From Opitutaceae bacterium (GTDB lineage Bacteria; Verrucomicrobiota; Verrucomicrobiia; Opitutales; Opitutaceae), in assembly GCA_014879845.1 (NCBI GenBank), contig JACSRI010000092.1, forward strand, positions 44 through 64,043: a DNA stretch of 64,000 bases, written 5' to 3'. The position numbers and the translations under genes are program-made. The notes below the pieces were generated by a model. It was not told the DNA's origin. It saw only the letters and a program-made list of their open reading frames with translations, and did not search any database. Shown piece by piece: positions 49,658-59,676 of this stretch (positions within the stretch are counted from its first letter, which is position 1; every line of letters begins with the position of its first letter).

Positions 49658-52138
49658 CTACTCGGCCCGCAGCGCCTCGATCGGGTTGACCCGTGTGGCG
49701 CGGCGCGCGGGCAGGGTGCAGGCGAGGACGGCGACGATGACCAGGGTCACTGCGCAAAGGAGATAGGTCGGGATGTCCGCGCCCGACGTGTCGAAGAGCA
49801 GACTCTGTGTCCACCGGCTCACGAACCACGCACCCACCAAACCGAGCGCAGTGCCGGTGAGCGTGAGCATGAGGCCGCGGCGGAGGACGTCGCGGAGCAC
49901 CTGCCCGCGCCGGGCGCCGAGCGCCATGCGGATGCCGATGTCGCGCGTGCGCTGGCTCACGAGGCACGCGAGCACGCCGTAGATGCCGATGGCGGCGAGG
50001 AGCAGCGCCGTCGCGGCGAAGAAGGTGAAGAGCGTCATCCGGAACCGGCGGTCCGAGGAGAAACTCGCGATGCGCGCGGACATCAGCTCCACGTCGAAGA
50101 TCGGCTGGTCGGGCACGACCTGCCGCACGGCGTTGCGCACCGAGGCGACCACGCCGGCCGGATCCGCGCGCGTGCGCGCGACGAGGTGCAGGTACATCGG
50201 GGCCGGGAACTGGCGCAGCAGCAGGTAATACTCGGACTGCTCGCCGCGGTCCTGCCCGCGCTGTGTCGTGTTGCCCACGATGCCGATGATGGTGGCCTTC
50301 GGCATCTGCATCCCGGGGAATCCGAACTGGATTTCCTTCCCGAGCGCATCTTCGCCGGGCCAGATCTCCTCGGCCATGCGCCGGCTGATCACGCAGCTGA
50401 GCTTCATGTCGCCATAGATCTGCGGGAGCGTGGCCATCGACAGCTCGGCGCCCTCGGGGAACGGTGGCGTGGGTTCGTGGCCAGTGAAGAATTGGCCGCG
50501 CAGCAGCGGGATGCCCATGGTGCGGAAATAGTCCGGCGTCACCATGTGGGTGTTGGCCACCGGCAGCTTGCCCGCATCGGGCGTGGGGATGTCGGTGCGG
50601 AAGAACACGCTGGTGGACGTGTTCCAGGTGAAGGGCAGGGCGGAGCCGAAGGCGGCGGACTCGACATCGGGCAGGGCCTGCACGGTCTCGAGCAGGCGCT
50701 CGTGGTAACGCACGTAGCCGATCGGGTCGCGCCGGTACTCCTCGAGCGGCGGCGCGGACACGCGCAGCGTGAGCACGCGCTCCGGGCTCAGGCCCGTATC
50801 GACATTCACCAGACGCTGTAGGCTGCGGATGAGCAGCCCGGCGCTGATGAGAAGCACGAGCGCCAGCCCGACCTGCAGCACCACGAGCACGTCGGAAAGG
50901 TGAAACCGCCCGAAAAGCGTGCGTACGACCGGGCGCGAGTTCTTGAGCGCCTCGTTCGGGTTGATGTGCGAGAGCTGCCAGGCCGGCGCGAGGCCGAAGC
51001 CCACGCCCGTGATCAATGTCGCGAGGGAGACAAAGACCCACACGCGCAGGTCGAGCGCCGCGCCGTCGCCCAGAAGGCTCTGCATCTCCCACGGGATGAG
51101 CCGGCGCACGTAGTCGAAGGCCCAGACGCCGAAGACCGTGCCGAGCACGCCGCCGGCCGCCGCGAGGAGCAGGCTCTCCACGAGCAGCTGGCGCACGAGG
51201 GCGAGCCGCGAGGCGCCGAGCGAGGTGCGGATCGCCATCTCGCGGGCGCGGCCGAAGGAGCGCGCGAGCAGCATGTTCGCGACGTTCACGCAGGCGATGA
51301 GCAGCACCAGGCCGACCGCGCCGAGCAGGACGAAGAGCTGGATGCGCGCGCCGCCGGTCATCTGCTCGCGCAACGGCAGGACGGTGACGCGCGCGCCGGC
51401 GTTGGCCTTCGGATACTCGCGCTCGAGCCGCTCGGCGATCGCATCCATCTGCGTGCGTGCGGCCTCGATCGTCACCCCGGGCTTGAGCCGGCCGATCACG
51501 TAGGTGCCGTTGTGGTTCTCGCGCTCGCGCATGAACTGCGCGTCGACGAACGGCTCGATCGGCACGTAGAGGTCGACCGCGCGCTGGAAGCGAAACTCAG
51601 CCGGCAGCACGCCGGCCACCATCGTGCTCTGGCCATCGAGCAGGACGTTTTTCCCGACGATGTCGGGATCGCTCGCGAAATGGCGCTGCCATGCGCCGTG
51701 GGTGAGCCAGAGCACCGGCGCGGCGCCGACGCGGTCGTCGTCGGCCGTCATGGCGCGGCCCCGGGTGACGTTGAGCCCGACGATCGAGAAAAAGTCCGCC
51801 GAGACCTGCGCAATGTGGACCTGCTCGGCCGAGTCGGCGGTCTTGAGTTTCTTGCCGTCGGTGCGGTAGATGGCGAGCCCGCTGAAGACGTCCTGCGCGG
51901 CGCGCCAGTCGATGAAGTTCGGATACGCCACGTTCATGTTCGGGTAGCGCGCCGTCTTCTCCGCGACATGCACGAGGCTGTCGGGATCCGGGTAGGGCAG
52001 GGCGCGCAGGAACGTGGTGTTGACGAGCGAGAAGATCGCGGTGTTCGCGCCCAGGCCGAGCGCGAGCGTCAGCACGATGATCGCCGTGAATCCCGGCGAC
52101 TTGGCGAACTGGCGGAAGGCGAAACGGAGGGAGGCCAT
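49658..52138 (-). CDS. ADOP-type ABC permease, array member 3 of 8
   Basis: 826 aa: MASLRFAFRQFAKSPGFTAIIVLTLALGLGANT... LARSFGRAREMAIRTSLGASR... VSQRTRDIGIRMALGAR... RVNPIEALRAE. Confidence 0.9.
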   Translation of the reverse strand: MASLRFAFRQFAKSPGFTAIIVLTLALGLGANTAIFSLVNTTFLRALPYPDPDSLVHVAEKTARYPNMNVAYPNFIDWRAAQDVFSGLAIYRTDGKKLKTADSAEQVHIAQVSADFFSIVGLNVTRGRAMTADDDRVGAAPVLWLTHGAWQRHFASDPDIVGKNVLLDGQSTMVAGVLPAEFRFQRAVDLYVPIEPFVDAQFMRERENHNGTYVIGRLKPGVTIEAARTQMDAIAERLEREYPKANAGARVTVLPLREQMTGGARIQLFVLLGAVGLVLLIACVNVANMLLARSFGRAREMAIRTSLGASRLALVRQLLVESLLLAAAGGVLGTVFGVWAFDYVRRLIPWEMQSLLGDGAALDLRVWVFVSLATLITGVGFGLAPAWQLSHINPNEALKNSRPVVRTLFGRFHLSDVLVVLQVGLALVLLISAGLLIRSLQRLVNVDTGLSPERVLTLRVSAPPLEEYRRDPIGYVRYHERLLETVQALPDVESAAFGSALPFTWNTSTSVFFRTDIPTPDAGKLPVANTHMVTPDYFRTMGIPLLRGQFFTGHEPTPPFPEGAELSMATLPQIYGDMKLSCVISRRMAEEIWPGEDALGKEIQFGFPGMQMPKATIIGIVGNTTQRGQDRGEQSEYYLLLRQFPAPMYLHLVARTRADPAGVVASVRNAVRQVVPDQPIFDVELMSARIASFSSDRRFRMTLFTFFAATALLLAAIGIYGVLACLVSQRTRDIGIRMALGARRGQVLRDVLRRGLMLTLTGTALGLVGAWFVSRWTQSLLFDTSGADIPTYLLCAVTLVIVAVLACTLPARRATRVNPIEALRAE

Positions 52139-52142
52139 TGGA

Positions 52143-52170
52143 GATTGCGGATTGCCGAATGCCGAATGCG
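52143..52170 (-). repeat. Four tandem heptamers in an intercistronic leader (plus strand GATTGCG GATTGCC GAATGCC GAATGCG)
   Basis: Read directly from the sequence. It lies in the 52-nt spacer between two permease genes. In mRNA sense it reads CGCATTC GGCATTC GGCAATC CGCAATC, followed by TCCA and ATG. Confidence 0.75.
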
Positions 52171-52190
52171 GAGGGGTGGCGAAGACCGGG

Positions 52191-54614
52191 CTACTCCGCG
52201 CGCAGCGCGGTGATCGGGTTGACCGTTGTGGCGCGGCGGGCGGGGAACCAGCAGGCGAGGACGGCGACGAGGCCCAGGAGGGCGGGGATGCCGAAGAGCG
52301 TGGCTGGGTCGAGCGGGCTCACGCCGTAGAGGAAGTTGGTGAGCAGGCGGCTGGCAGCGATGGCGAGCACGAGGCCGGCGAGGCAGCCGGCGGCGGCGAG
52401 AGTGAGGCCCTGGCGCAGCACGTGCCACAAGACCGCGGATACGGTCGCGCCCAGCGCCATGCGGAGGCCGAACTCCTGCGTGCGCTGCGTGACGGTGTAG
52501 GCCATGACCGCGTAGACGCCCATGGCGGCGAGCACGAGCGCCACCGCGCCGAGGAGCACCAGGATCTGCGAGGCCATGCGGTGCGCGAAGAACGAGCCCT
52601 CCATGTAGGAGGTGAGCGGCATCACCTCCAGCAGCCCGACCGCGGGATCGAGGTCGCGCACGGTCTGGCGCAGTGCGTCGGCGGCCGCGAGCGGATCGCC
52701 TGCTGTGCGGAGCACCACGCCGAGATCGAGGTCGGGCACGCCCTGCAGGTAGGGCACGTAGAAGAAGGGCCAGGCATCCTCGTTGAGGCGGTTGTAGCGT
52801 CCGGTCTTGGCCAGGCCGACGATCGTGATGTCGCGACCGAAGGTGCGGAAGGTGCGACCGATCGGATCCTGTCCAGGCCAGAAGCGTTGGGCAAAGGCCT
52901 GATTCACGACTGCCACTCCGGATGATTTTGCGTCATCGGCATCGGTGAAGTCGCGGCCCGCGAGCAGAGGGATGCGCAACGTCTCGAAGTAGCGCGGCGA
53001 GACGATGGCGAACTCGTAGGTGGGATTCTCGCCTTCGGGACGGACGTAGCCGTCGACGCGCACGCCGGTGCCCTTGCAGCCGGAGAGGCCGAGCGGCAGC
53101 CAGCTCGCGAGCGAGGCCTCCTCGATGCCCGGCAACGCCGCGAGACGTTCGCGCAGCGTACGGTAGAAGCCCGGCGCGGTCTCCTTGGTGTAGCCGTTCA
53201 TCCCGATCCGCATGCTTGCGATGAGCACGTTCTTCGGGTCGAGACCCACGTCGATGGCGCGCGCCCGGCTCATGCCCTTCACGCAGAGGGCGGCACCGAC
53301 GAGCAGCGCCATCGCGAGTGCGATTTCCGTCACGACCAGACCGCGGCGCATGCGCTGGTGGAGCGGACCTCCGCTGCCGGTGCGGCCGCCCTCCTTCAGC
53401 GCGTCGTTGAGATCAAACTGCGAGGCCTGCTGCGCCGGCAGCACGCCGAACACCAGCCCGGTCCCGAGTGTGACGGCGAGCGTGAGCGCGAGGGTCCGGC
53501 CATCGAGGGCGAAGTCGAGGCTGACCGAACGTTCCGCCGTCTTCAGCAGCAAGGGGAGGCTGTCGACCGTCCACACGGCGAAGAGCGTGCCGAGCGCTCC
53601 GCCGGCCGCAGCGAGGAGCAGGCTCTCGGTGAGCAACTGGCGCACGAGTCGGCCGCGGCTCGCGCCTGTGGCGAGGCGGATGGCGATCTCGCGGCGCCGG
53701 CTCGTGGCGCGGGCGAGGAGGAGATTGGCGACGTTGGCTGCGACGATGAGCAGTACGCCAGCGCACACCACGAGGAGCAGCCGCATGGCTGGGCCGACGA
53801 CGGTCGGCGCACCCCATGGGCACTGCGAGAGCGGAAGGATGCGGTAGCGCACATCGCGATTGGTATCCGGATACGTGGTGGCGAGGCGGGCCTGCGTCGA
53901 CTGGACGGCGGCTTGCGCGGCCGCGAGCGAGACGCCGGGCTGGAGGCGCACGACATTGTGCCAGCCGCGCGCGGTGCGCTGGTCGATGAAACGCCGGCTC
54001 TGGTTGCGCACTTCCGCGATCATCGAGAGCGGGGCCCACGCATCGGTGACCTGCGGGGCCATCGTGCCGAGGAATGTGGCCGGTACGACGCCGACGATGG
54101 TGAAGGCTTGGTGATTCAGTTCGACCACGCGGCCGACGATCTGCGGATCGGCCGCGAACTGCCCGCGCCAGAGCCGCTCACTGATGACGAGCACGGTGTC
54201 GCCGCCGGGTTTCTTGTCCTCGTCGGGCAGGAAGGTGCGGCCGACGATGGCTTTCACCCCAAGCAGGTCGAAGCCCCGGGCGGAGATCACCTGCGCGGAG
54301 ATCCACTGGGGCGAGTTGTCGACCGTGAGCGAGGCCGGGGTCGGCATCGCGGCGAGCGCGCCGGCGAAGAGGCTGCGATCCGCCGTGAGGTCCTCCATGT
54401 CGGGCAGCGAGACCGGACCGCTGCCCTGGTTCGAGACGAGCACGGCGAGCTGCTCGGGCGCGACCACGCCGGGAATGGGCCGGAGCACGAGGTGCTGCAT
54501 CCAGCACAGCACTGTCGTCGTCGCTCCGATACCGAGCGCGAGCGACAGGACCGCCACGGCCGTGAAGCCGGGCGTCTTGGCGAACTGGCGGAGCGCGAAG
54601 CGGAGGTCGGACAT
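52191..54614 (-). CDS. ADOP-type ABC permease, array member 2 of 8
   Basis: 807 aa: MSDLRFALRQFAKTPGFTAVAVLSLALGIGATT... LARATSRRREIAIRLATGASR... VTQRTQEFGLRMALGAT... TVNPITALRAE. Confidence 0.9.
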   Translation of the reverse strand: MSDLRFALRQFAKTPGFTAVAVLSLALGIGATTTVLCWMQHLVLRPIPGVVAPEQLAVLVSNQGSGPVSLPDMEDLTADRSLFAGALAAMPTPASLTVDNSPQWISAQVISARGFDLLGVKAIVGRTFLPDEDKKPGGDTVLVISERLWRGQFAADPQIVGRVVELNHQAFTIVGVVPATFLGTMAPQVTDAWAPLSMIAEVRNQSRRFIDQRTARGWHNVVRLQPGVSLAAAQAAVQSTQARLATTYPDTNRDVRYRILPLSQCPWGAPTVVGPAMRLLLVVCAGVLLIVAANVANLLLARATSRRREIAIRLATGASRGRLVRQLLTESLLLAAAGGALGTLFAVWTVDSLPLLLKTAERSVSLDFALDGRTLALTLAVTLGTGLVFGVLPAQQASQFDLNDALKEGGRTGSGGPLHQRMRRGLVVTEIALAMALLVGAALCVKGMSRARAIDVGLDPKNVLIASMRIGMNGYTKETAPGFYRTLRERLAALPGIEEASLASWLPLGLSGCKGTGVRVDGYVRPEGENPTYEFAIVSPRYFETLRIPLLAGRDFTDADDAKSSGVAVVNQAFAQRFWPGQDPIGRTFRTFGRDITIVGLAKTGRYNRLNEDAWPFFYVPYLQGVPDLDLGVVLRTAGDPLAAADALRQTVRDLDPAVGLLEVMPLTSYMEGSFFAHRMASQILVLLGAVALVLAAMGVYAVMAYTVTQRTQEFGLRMALGATVSAVLWHVLRQGLTLAAAGCLAGLVLAIAASRLLTNFLYGVSPLDPATLFGIPALLGLVAVLACWFPARRATTVNPITALRAE

Positions 54615-54687
54615 CGGACGCGGAAGTTCAGGTCTAGAGTTTGAGTTCGGGTGTCGGAGCGCGCCTCGCCGTCGAGTTTGGTCGGAT

Positions 54688-54733
54688 CTTCAACTTCAAC
54701 TTCAACTCGAGTGACACGCGAGACGGGTCACTC
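54688..54733 (-). repeat. Stop-codon-embedded hairpin + TCGAG + (TTGAAG)3 element, copy 1
   Basis: Stem GAGTGAC-ACGCGAGACGG-GTCACTC (54709-54733) includes the GAG-TGA end of the permease gene. On the plus strand it is preceded by CTTCAACTTCAACTTCAAC (54688-54706) and TCGAG. Same layout as 36856-36918. Confidence 0.7.
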
Positions 54734-57262
54734 GCTGCGCAGCGCAGAGTTCGGATCGACGCGCGTGGCGCGGCGGGCGGGGATCCAGCAGGCAAACAGG
54801 GCGGCTGCGCCGAGCAGCACCGTGGCGACGAGCAGCGCGAGCGGGTCGGTCGGGCTCACGCGGTAGAGCATGCTGGCGAGGACCTGGCCGACGAGCAGCG
54901 CGAGGACGAGGCCCACGACGGTCGAGACGAGGATCTGCAGCGCGCCCTGGCGCATGATCAGGCGGAAGACATCGCCGCGCCGCGCCCCGAGCGCCATGCG
55001 GATGCCGATCTCGCGGGTGCGGCGGGCGACCGTGTAGGCCTTCACGCCGTAGACACCGACCGTGGCCAGCACGAGCGCGATGCCACCGAACACGCCGAAC
55101 ATGAGCGCGCCGAGCCGCACGATCCAGAGACTGAGATTGGTATCCACGATGTCGGCGAGCCGTTCGAAGCGCAGCAGCGGCACCTCAGGGTCGATGGAGC
55201 GGAGCTTCTGGCGCAGGCTGCCGGAGGCGGCGAGCACGGCCGCTGGGCTTTCGTTGGCGTAGCGCACGCACAGGAAGGCATTCGGGCTGTAGTTCTGCGC
55301 GAGCGGCACGTAGAGGCGATAGCTCGCCTCCTCCTCGTCCTGGAGATCCTGCTGATGGCGGTTCGTGATGCCGACGATCGTCATCTCCGCGGGCGAGCCG
55401 TCGGTCGGCGGCTGGGTATAGCGGATCTGGCGACCGAGCGCGTCCTCGCCGGGGAAGAGTTTTTCGGCAAGCGTCTCGTCGATGATTGCCATGGCGGGTG
55501 AGTCCTTCTCGCGGGCCTCGATCTCGGAGAAATCGCGGCCACGCAGCAGTCGGGCGCCGAGCGCGTCGAGGTATCCGGGCGTGATCGACGCGATCACGGC
55601 ACCGAAACCCGGGGCCGGCTCATCCGGCCCGCGTGTCGTCGGGGCGTTGGCCGGCATGATGCGGGCGCCGTTCGAGATGTTGCCGTAGGGAATCAGCGTC
55701 GTCAGTCCGGCCGCCTTCACGCCGGGCAGCGCGCGCGCGCCGGCGGCCATGTCGGTCAGTCGACGGGTGGCCTCCGGTCGGGGCGTGTTGATCATGGAGT
55801 AGTCGATCGAGGCAACCATCACGCCGGCCGGCCGGAAGCCCGTCTCCATGCCGCTGGCCTTGAGCGCACCGCGGAAGAACAGGGTGGAGGCGAAGACGAG
55901 CACGAGCGAGAGCGCCATCTGCGTCATCACGAGCAGGTGACGACCGGCGAAGAAGCGGTTGAACCGGCCGATCGCGGCGGGGTCGCCGGCCTGGGCCTTG
56001 AGATCGTGCACGAGGTCGGCGCGCGCTGCGCGCCAGGCCGGGCCGACGCTGAACACGAGCGTGGCGAGCACGCAGAAGCCGAAGGTCACGGCGATCACCG
56101 TCAAGTCGGGCTGCAGGCGTGCGCTGAGCGAGAAGCTGATGGCCGCGAGCTTGGTTTGGAACGACGCCTCGAGGAGCGTGTTGGTCCAATCGCTGAGCAC
56201 GAGCCCGACGATTCCACCGGTCACCGCGAGCACGAGGCCTTCGACCGTGAGCTGCCGCACGATATGCCAGCGCGTCGCGCCGACGGCGAGCCGCACGGCG
56301 ATCTCGCGGGCGCGGGCCGAGCCGCGCGCGAGCAGGAGGTTGGCGAGATTGAGACTCGCGATGAGCAGGACGATGGCGGCCATGCCGCACAGGAGCAGGC
56401 CCACGAACGTGACGGGCCCGTCGTCGGTCGGCGCGGTGCTGACGCTCAGGCGCGAAGGCGGCGTGATCTGGAGCGCCCGCGGCTCGGCCTCGGCCGGTGC
56501 GACCGCGTTGAGGCGCGTATCGAGCACGGGGAGACGCGCACGGGCCGTCTCGATCGTGAACCCGGGCTGCATGCGGGCCTTGAGCGTGAGGGAGAAATTC
56601 TGCGGGTGGTTCAGGTCGGTCAGGCTCTTGTCCGCGGTCGGGTCGGCGGAGATGCCGAACATGCCGAGCGGCAGCCAGACCTCGGGCGAGAACAGCACGC
56701 TCACGCCGGCGAAGCCCTCGGGCGCCACGCCGATCACCGTGTGTGGGTGGCCGTTCACGCGCAACGTGCTGCCGACAAGATGGGGCGAGCGACCGGTCTT
56801 CTGCCAGTAGCCATGGCTGACAACGACGACCGGGATGTTCGCGTTCGGCACGCCTTCCTCGGGGGTGAAGAACCGTCCGGCGGCGGGTGTGGCGCCGGAG
56901 AACTGGAAGAAATTGTCCGTGACGAAGAACGTCAGCGCCCGGCGCATCGAGTCGCCCTCGCCGATGCCGGCCAGCGTGAAGGCGATCCCGGTCACCTCGG
57001 CGAACACCTCGGTGTCCTCGCGCAACGCGGTGTATTCACGGTACGAGAACGGGCGATAGTCGCGCTCCGAGGCCTGGCGCGCGGTGAAGACCGAGACGAC
57101 GCGATCGGGCTCGCGCGCGATCGTGGGGCGCAGGAGCAGGCCGTTGACGATCGAGAAGATCGCGGAGTTCACGCCGAGGGCGAGGGCCAGCGTGATCACG
57201 GCCACGGCGGTGAATCCGGGTGACTTGAGCAGGTGGCGAAAGGCGGAGCGGAGGTCGGACAT
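54728..57262 (-). CDS. ADOP-type ABC permease, array member 1 of 8
   Basis: 844 aa: MSDLRSAFRHLLKSPGFTAVAVITLALALGVNS... LARGSARAREIAVRLAVGATR... VARRTREIGIRMALGAR... RVDPNSALRSE. Confidence 0.9.
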   Translation of the reverse strand: MSDLRSAFRHLLKSPGFTAVAVITLALALGVNSAIFSIVNGLLLRPTIAREPDRVVSVFTARQASERDYRPFSYREYTALREDTEVFAEVTGIAFTLAGIGEGDSMRRALTFFVTDNFFQFSGATPAAGRFFTPEEGVPNANIPVVVVSHGYWQKTGRSPHLVGSTLRVNGHPHTVIGVAPEGFAGVSVLFSPEVWLPLGMFGISADPTADKSLTDLNHPQNFSLTLKARMQPGFTIETARARLPVLDTRLNAVAPAEAEPRALQITPPSRLSVSTAPTDDGPVTFVGLLLCGMAAIVLLIASLNLANLLLARGSARAREIAVRLAVGATRWHIVRQLTVEGLVLAVTGGIVGLVLSDWTNTLLEASFQTKLAAISFSLSARLQPDLTVIAVTFGFCVLATLVFSVGPAWRAARADLVHDLKAQAGDPAAIGRFNRFFAGRHLLVMTQMALSLVLVFASTLFFRGALKASGMETGFRPAGVMVASIDYSMINTPRPEATRRLTDMAAGARALPGVKAAGLTTLIPYGNISNGARIMPANAPTTRGPDEPAPGFGAVIASITPGYLDALGARLLRGRDFSEIEAREKDSPAMAIIDETLAEKLFPGEDALGRQIRYTQPPTDGSPAEMTIVGITNRHQQDLQDEEEASYRLYVPLAQNYSPNAFLCVRYANESPAAVLAASGSLRQKLRSIDPEVPLLRFERLADIVDTNLSLWIVRLGALMFGVFGGIALVLATVGVYGVKAYTVARRTREIGIRMALGARRGDVFRLIMRQGALQILVSTVVGLVLALLVGQVLASMLYRVSPTDPLALLVATVLLGAAALFACWIPARRATRVDPNSALRSE

Positions 57263-57272
57263 CGGCAGGAGG

Positions 57273-57300
57273 TTTTCGATTTGAGATTCTCGATCTTCGA
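57273..57300 (-). repeat. Four tandem heptamers in the leader of the first permease (plus strand TTTTCGA TTTGAGA TTCTCGA TCTTCGA)
   Basis: Read directly from the sequence. It lies in the 67-nt spacer between the TolC-like gene stop (57330) and the permease start (57262). Confidence 0.7.
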
Positions 57301-57329
57301 TTGGCCGCGTGCGCCCTCGCTGGAGATCG

Positions 57330-58897
57330 CTACGGGGCTGTCTGCGTACCGGACGCCACCTCGAGCCGGTGGCGCTCGAGGGTGCGGCCGAGCTGGCGGT
57401 CGTATTCGGCGATGGCGTTGCGGTAGGCGACGATGGCGCGGGCCTCGCGCCCCTCGTCGTTGGCGAGGATCTCCTGCTGCTGCAGCACGAAGAACGTGTT
57501 GCCCGTGCCGGCGCGCAGGCGCTTGAGCTCGGCGGAGAGCGTGCGCTCGCTCAGCTCGCGCGAGGCGCGGGTGGAGAGCACACGCTGCCAGGTGGTCCGG
57601 ATGTTGTCGGCCGCGCTGCCCACGGCGACCACGATGTCCTGCTCGAGGCTGTTCAGTGCGATTTCGGCGCGCTCGCGGGCGAGCCGCGCGCTGCGGTAGC
57701 GGGCGCGCTCGGCGTAGGAGGTGATCGGGATGGTGACGGACACGCCGGCCGAGTAGGCGGGATGGTCGCGGTCCTTCACCGAGTCGCGGCTGTCCTTGTA
57801 GTCATTGGCCACGCCTGCGTAGCCGTAGCTTCCATACACGTCGACGGCGGGCAGGAGCTGGTTGCGGTAAAGGCGGTAGTCGAGGTCGTTGCGCTGGAGC
57901 GCGAGGCGCGCCTGCTGGTAGTCGGGTCGGCGCTGCAGGGCGACGTGGATGTCGGCCTGGACGTCGGTCTGGAACTCGCCGGGCACGACCACGTCGGGCA
58001 GCACGATCGTGCGCGAGAGGAGCGCGGCGGATTTCTCGTCGCTGATCAGCTGCTTGAGCAGGTTGGCGGCGTCACGCTCGGCGTTCTCGGCAAGGAGCAC
58101 GCCCTCCTCGCGCGTGGCCACGCGGGCCTGGGCGGAGAGCACGTCGAAGTCCGACATCGCGCCGACGCGAAAGCGCTCCTGGTTCTCGCGGTGGAGGCTG
58201 GCGGCGTTCTCGCGCAGTCGGCGTGCGATGGCGAGGTTGGCGCGGGCGAAGAGCAGCTCGTCGTAGGCGTAGACCACGCGCGTGACCGTGTTGATCAGCG
58301 TGGCCTGGAACTCCCACTCCGAGATGGTGCGGTCGGTCTTGGCGATGCGGATGGCCGTGGACGTGGACGCGCCGCCGAAATCGCGCAGCAGCGGCAGGCT
58401 GCCGCTCACGCCGGAGAATGCATTCCAGTAGTCGAAATCCGGCCGCATCGGATCGTTGAACGCGCCGCGCGGGTTGTTCGTCGAGGCGCTGAGACGATAG
58501 CTGAGGCCGAGCGGCAACTCGCCCTCGAGTTTGCCGTCGTAGATCGCATTGTCGTAGATCGAGGGCGGGAGGTCCTCCCCCGTCTGCTCATCCGTGCCCG
58601 AGGGCTGGTTCTCGCGCGACTTCGTGTAGGAAAACACGAGCCGCGGGTCGAAACGACTGTAAGCGAGCGACACGCCCGTGTCGGCGATGGCGCGCGTGCG
58701 CTGCTCGACCTGGATCGTGTAGTTCTTTTCCAACGCCTGGCGCACGGCCTCCGCCAGCGTGAGCGGGGCGGAGTCGGGCGCCGGGGCGGTGGCGGGTTCG
58801 TTCGACACCGCGGGCGCCGCGGCCGCTTCGTCGGCCGCCGAGAGCGGCGAGACGAACGCGAGCGCGACGCACGCGAGGACAGCTGGGGCGCGGTGAA

Positions 58898-58901
<4 letters not shown>
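57330..58901 (-). CDS. TolC-family outer-membrane efflux protein
   Basis: 523 aa. Signal MIHRAPAVLACVALAFVSPLSA, LTLAEAVRQALEKNYTIQV, and two OEP-type repeats (...RLRENAASLHRENQERFRVGAMSDFDVLSAQ... and ...RTLSAELKRLRAGTGNTFFVLQQQ...). It overlaps the upstream ATPase stop by 4 nt. Confidence 0.85.
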
Positions 58902-59611
<710 letters not shown>

Positions 59612-59623
59612 GGCGGGGATGGT

Positions 59624-59658
59624 GAATTGCGGATTGTGGAGTGCGGATTGTGGGTGGG
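59624..59658 (-). repeat. Heptamer-periodic tract in the ATPase-A leader (plus strand GAATTGC GGATTGT GGAGTGC GGATTGT GGGTGGG)
   Basis: Read directly from the sequence. It belongs to the same GGATTGY unit family as 52143-52170. It lies in the 65-nt spacer after the adaptor gene. Confidence 0.7.
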
Positions 59659-59676
59659 TTGGGAGAGAGGCGGGGG

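Noticed and set aside
49620-51092. The N-terminal 491 residues of the 1302-aa minus ORF 47184-51092 (an apparent giant permease).
   Set aside because: This is an out-of-frame read through the neighbouring permease gene (49658-52138), Arg/Pro/His-rich with no TM helices. The genuine protein starts at MFLLRHAIRQ (ATG 49619).
36808-57223. A series of long plus-strand ORFs opposite the permease array (36808-39075, 39393-42059, 43338-44618, 45775-47130, 47865-49646, 49622-50821, 50900-52213, 53358-54644, 55937-57223).
   Set aside because: All are R/G/E/D/H-rich antisense shadows without any motif. The minus frames carry complete, mutually homologous FtsX-type permeases.
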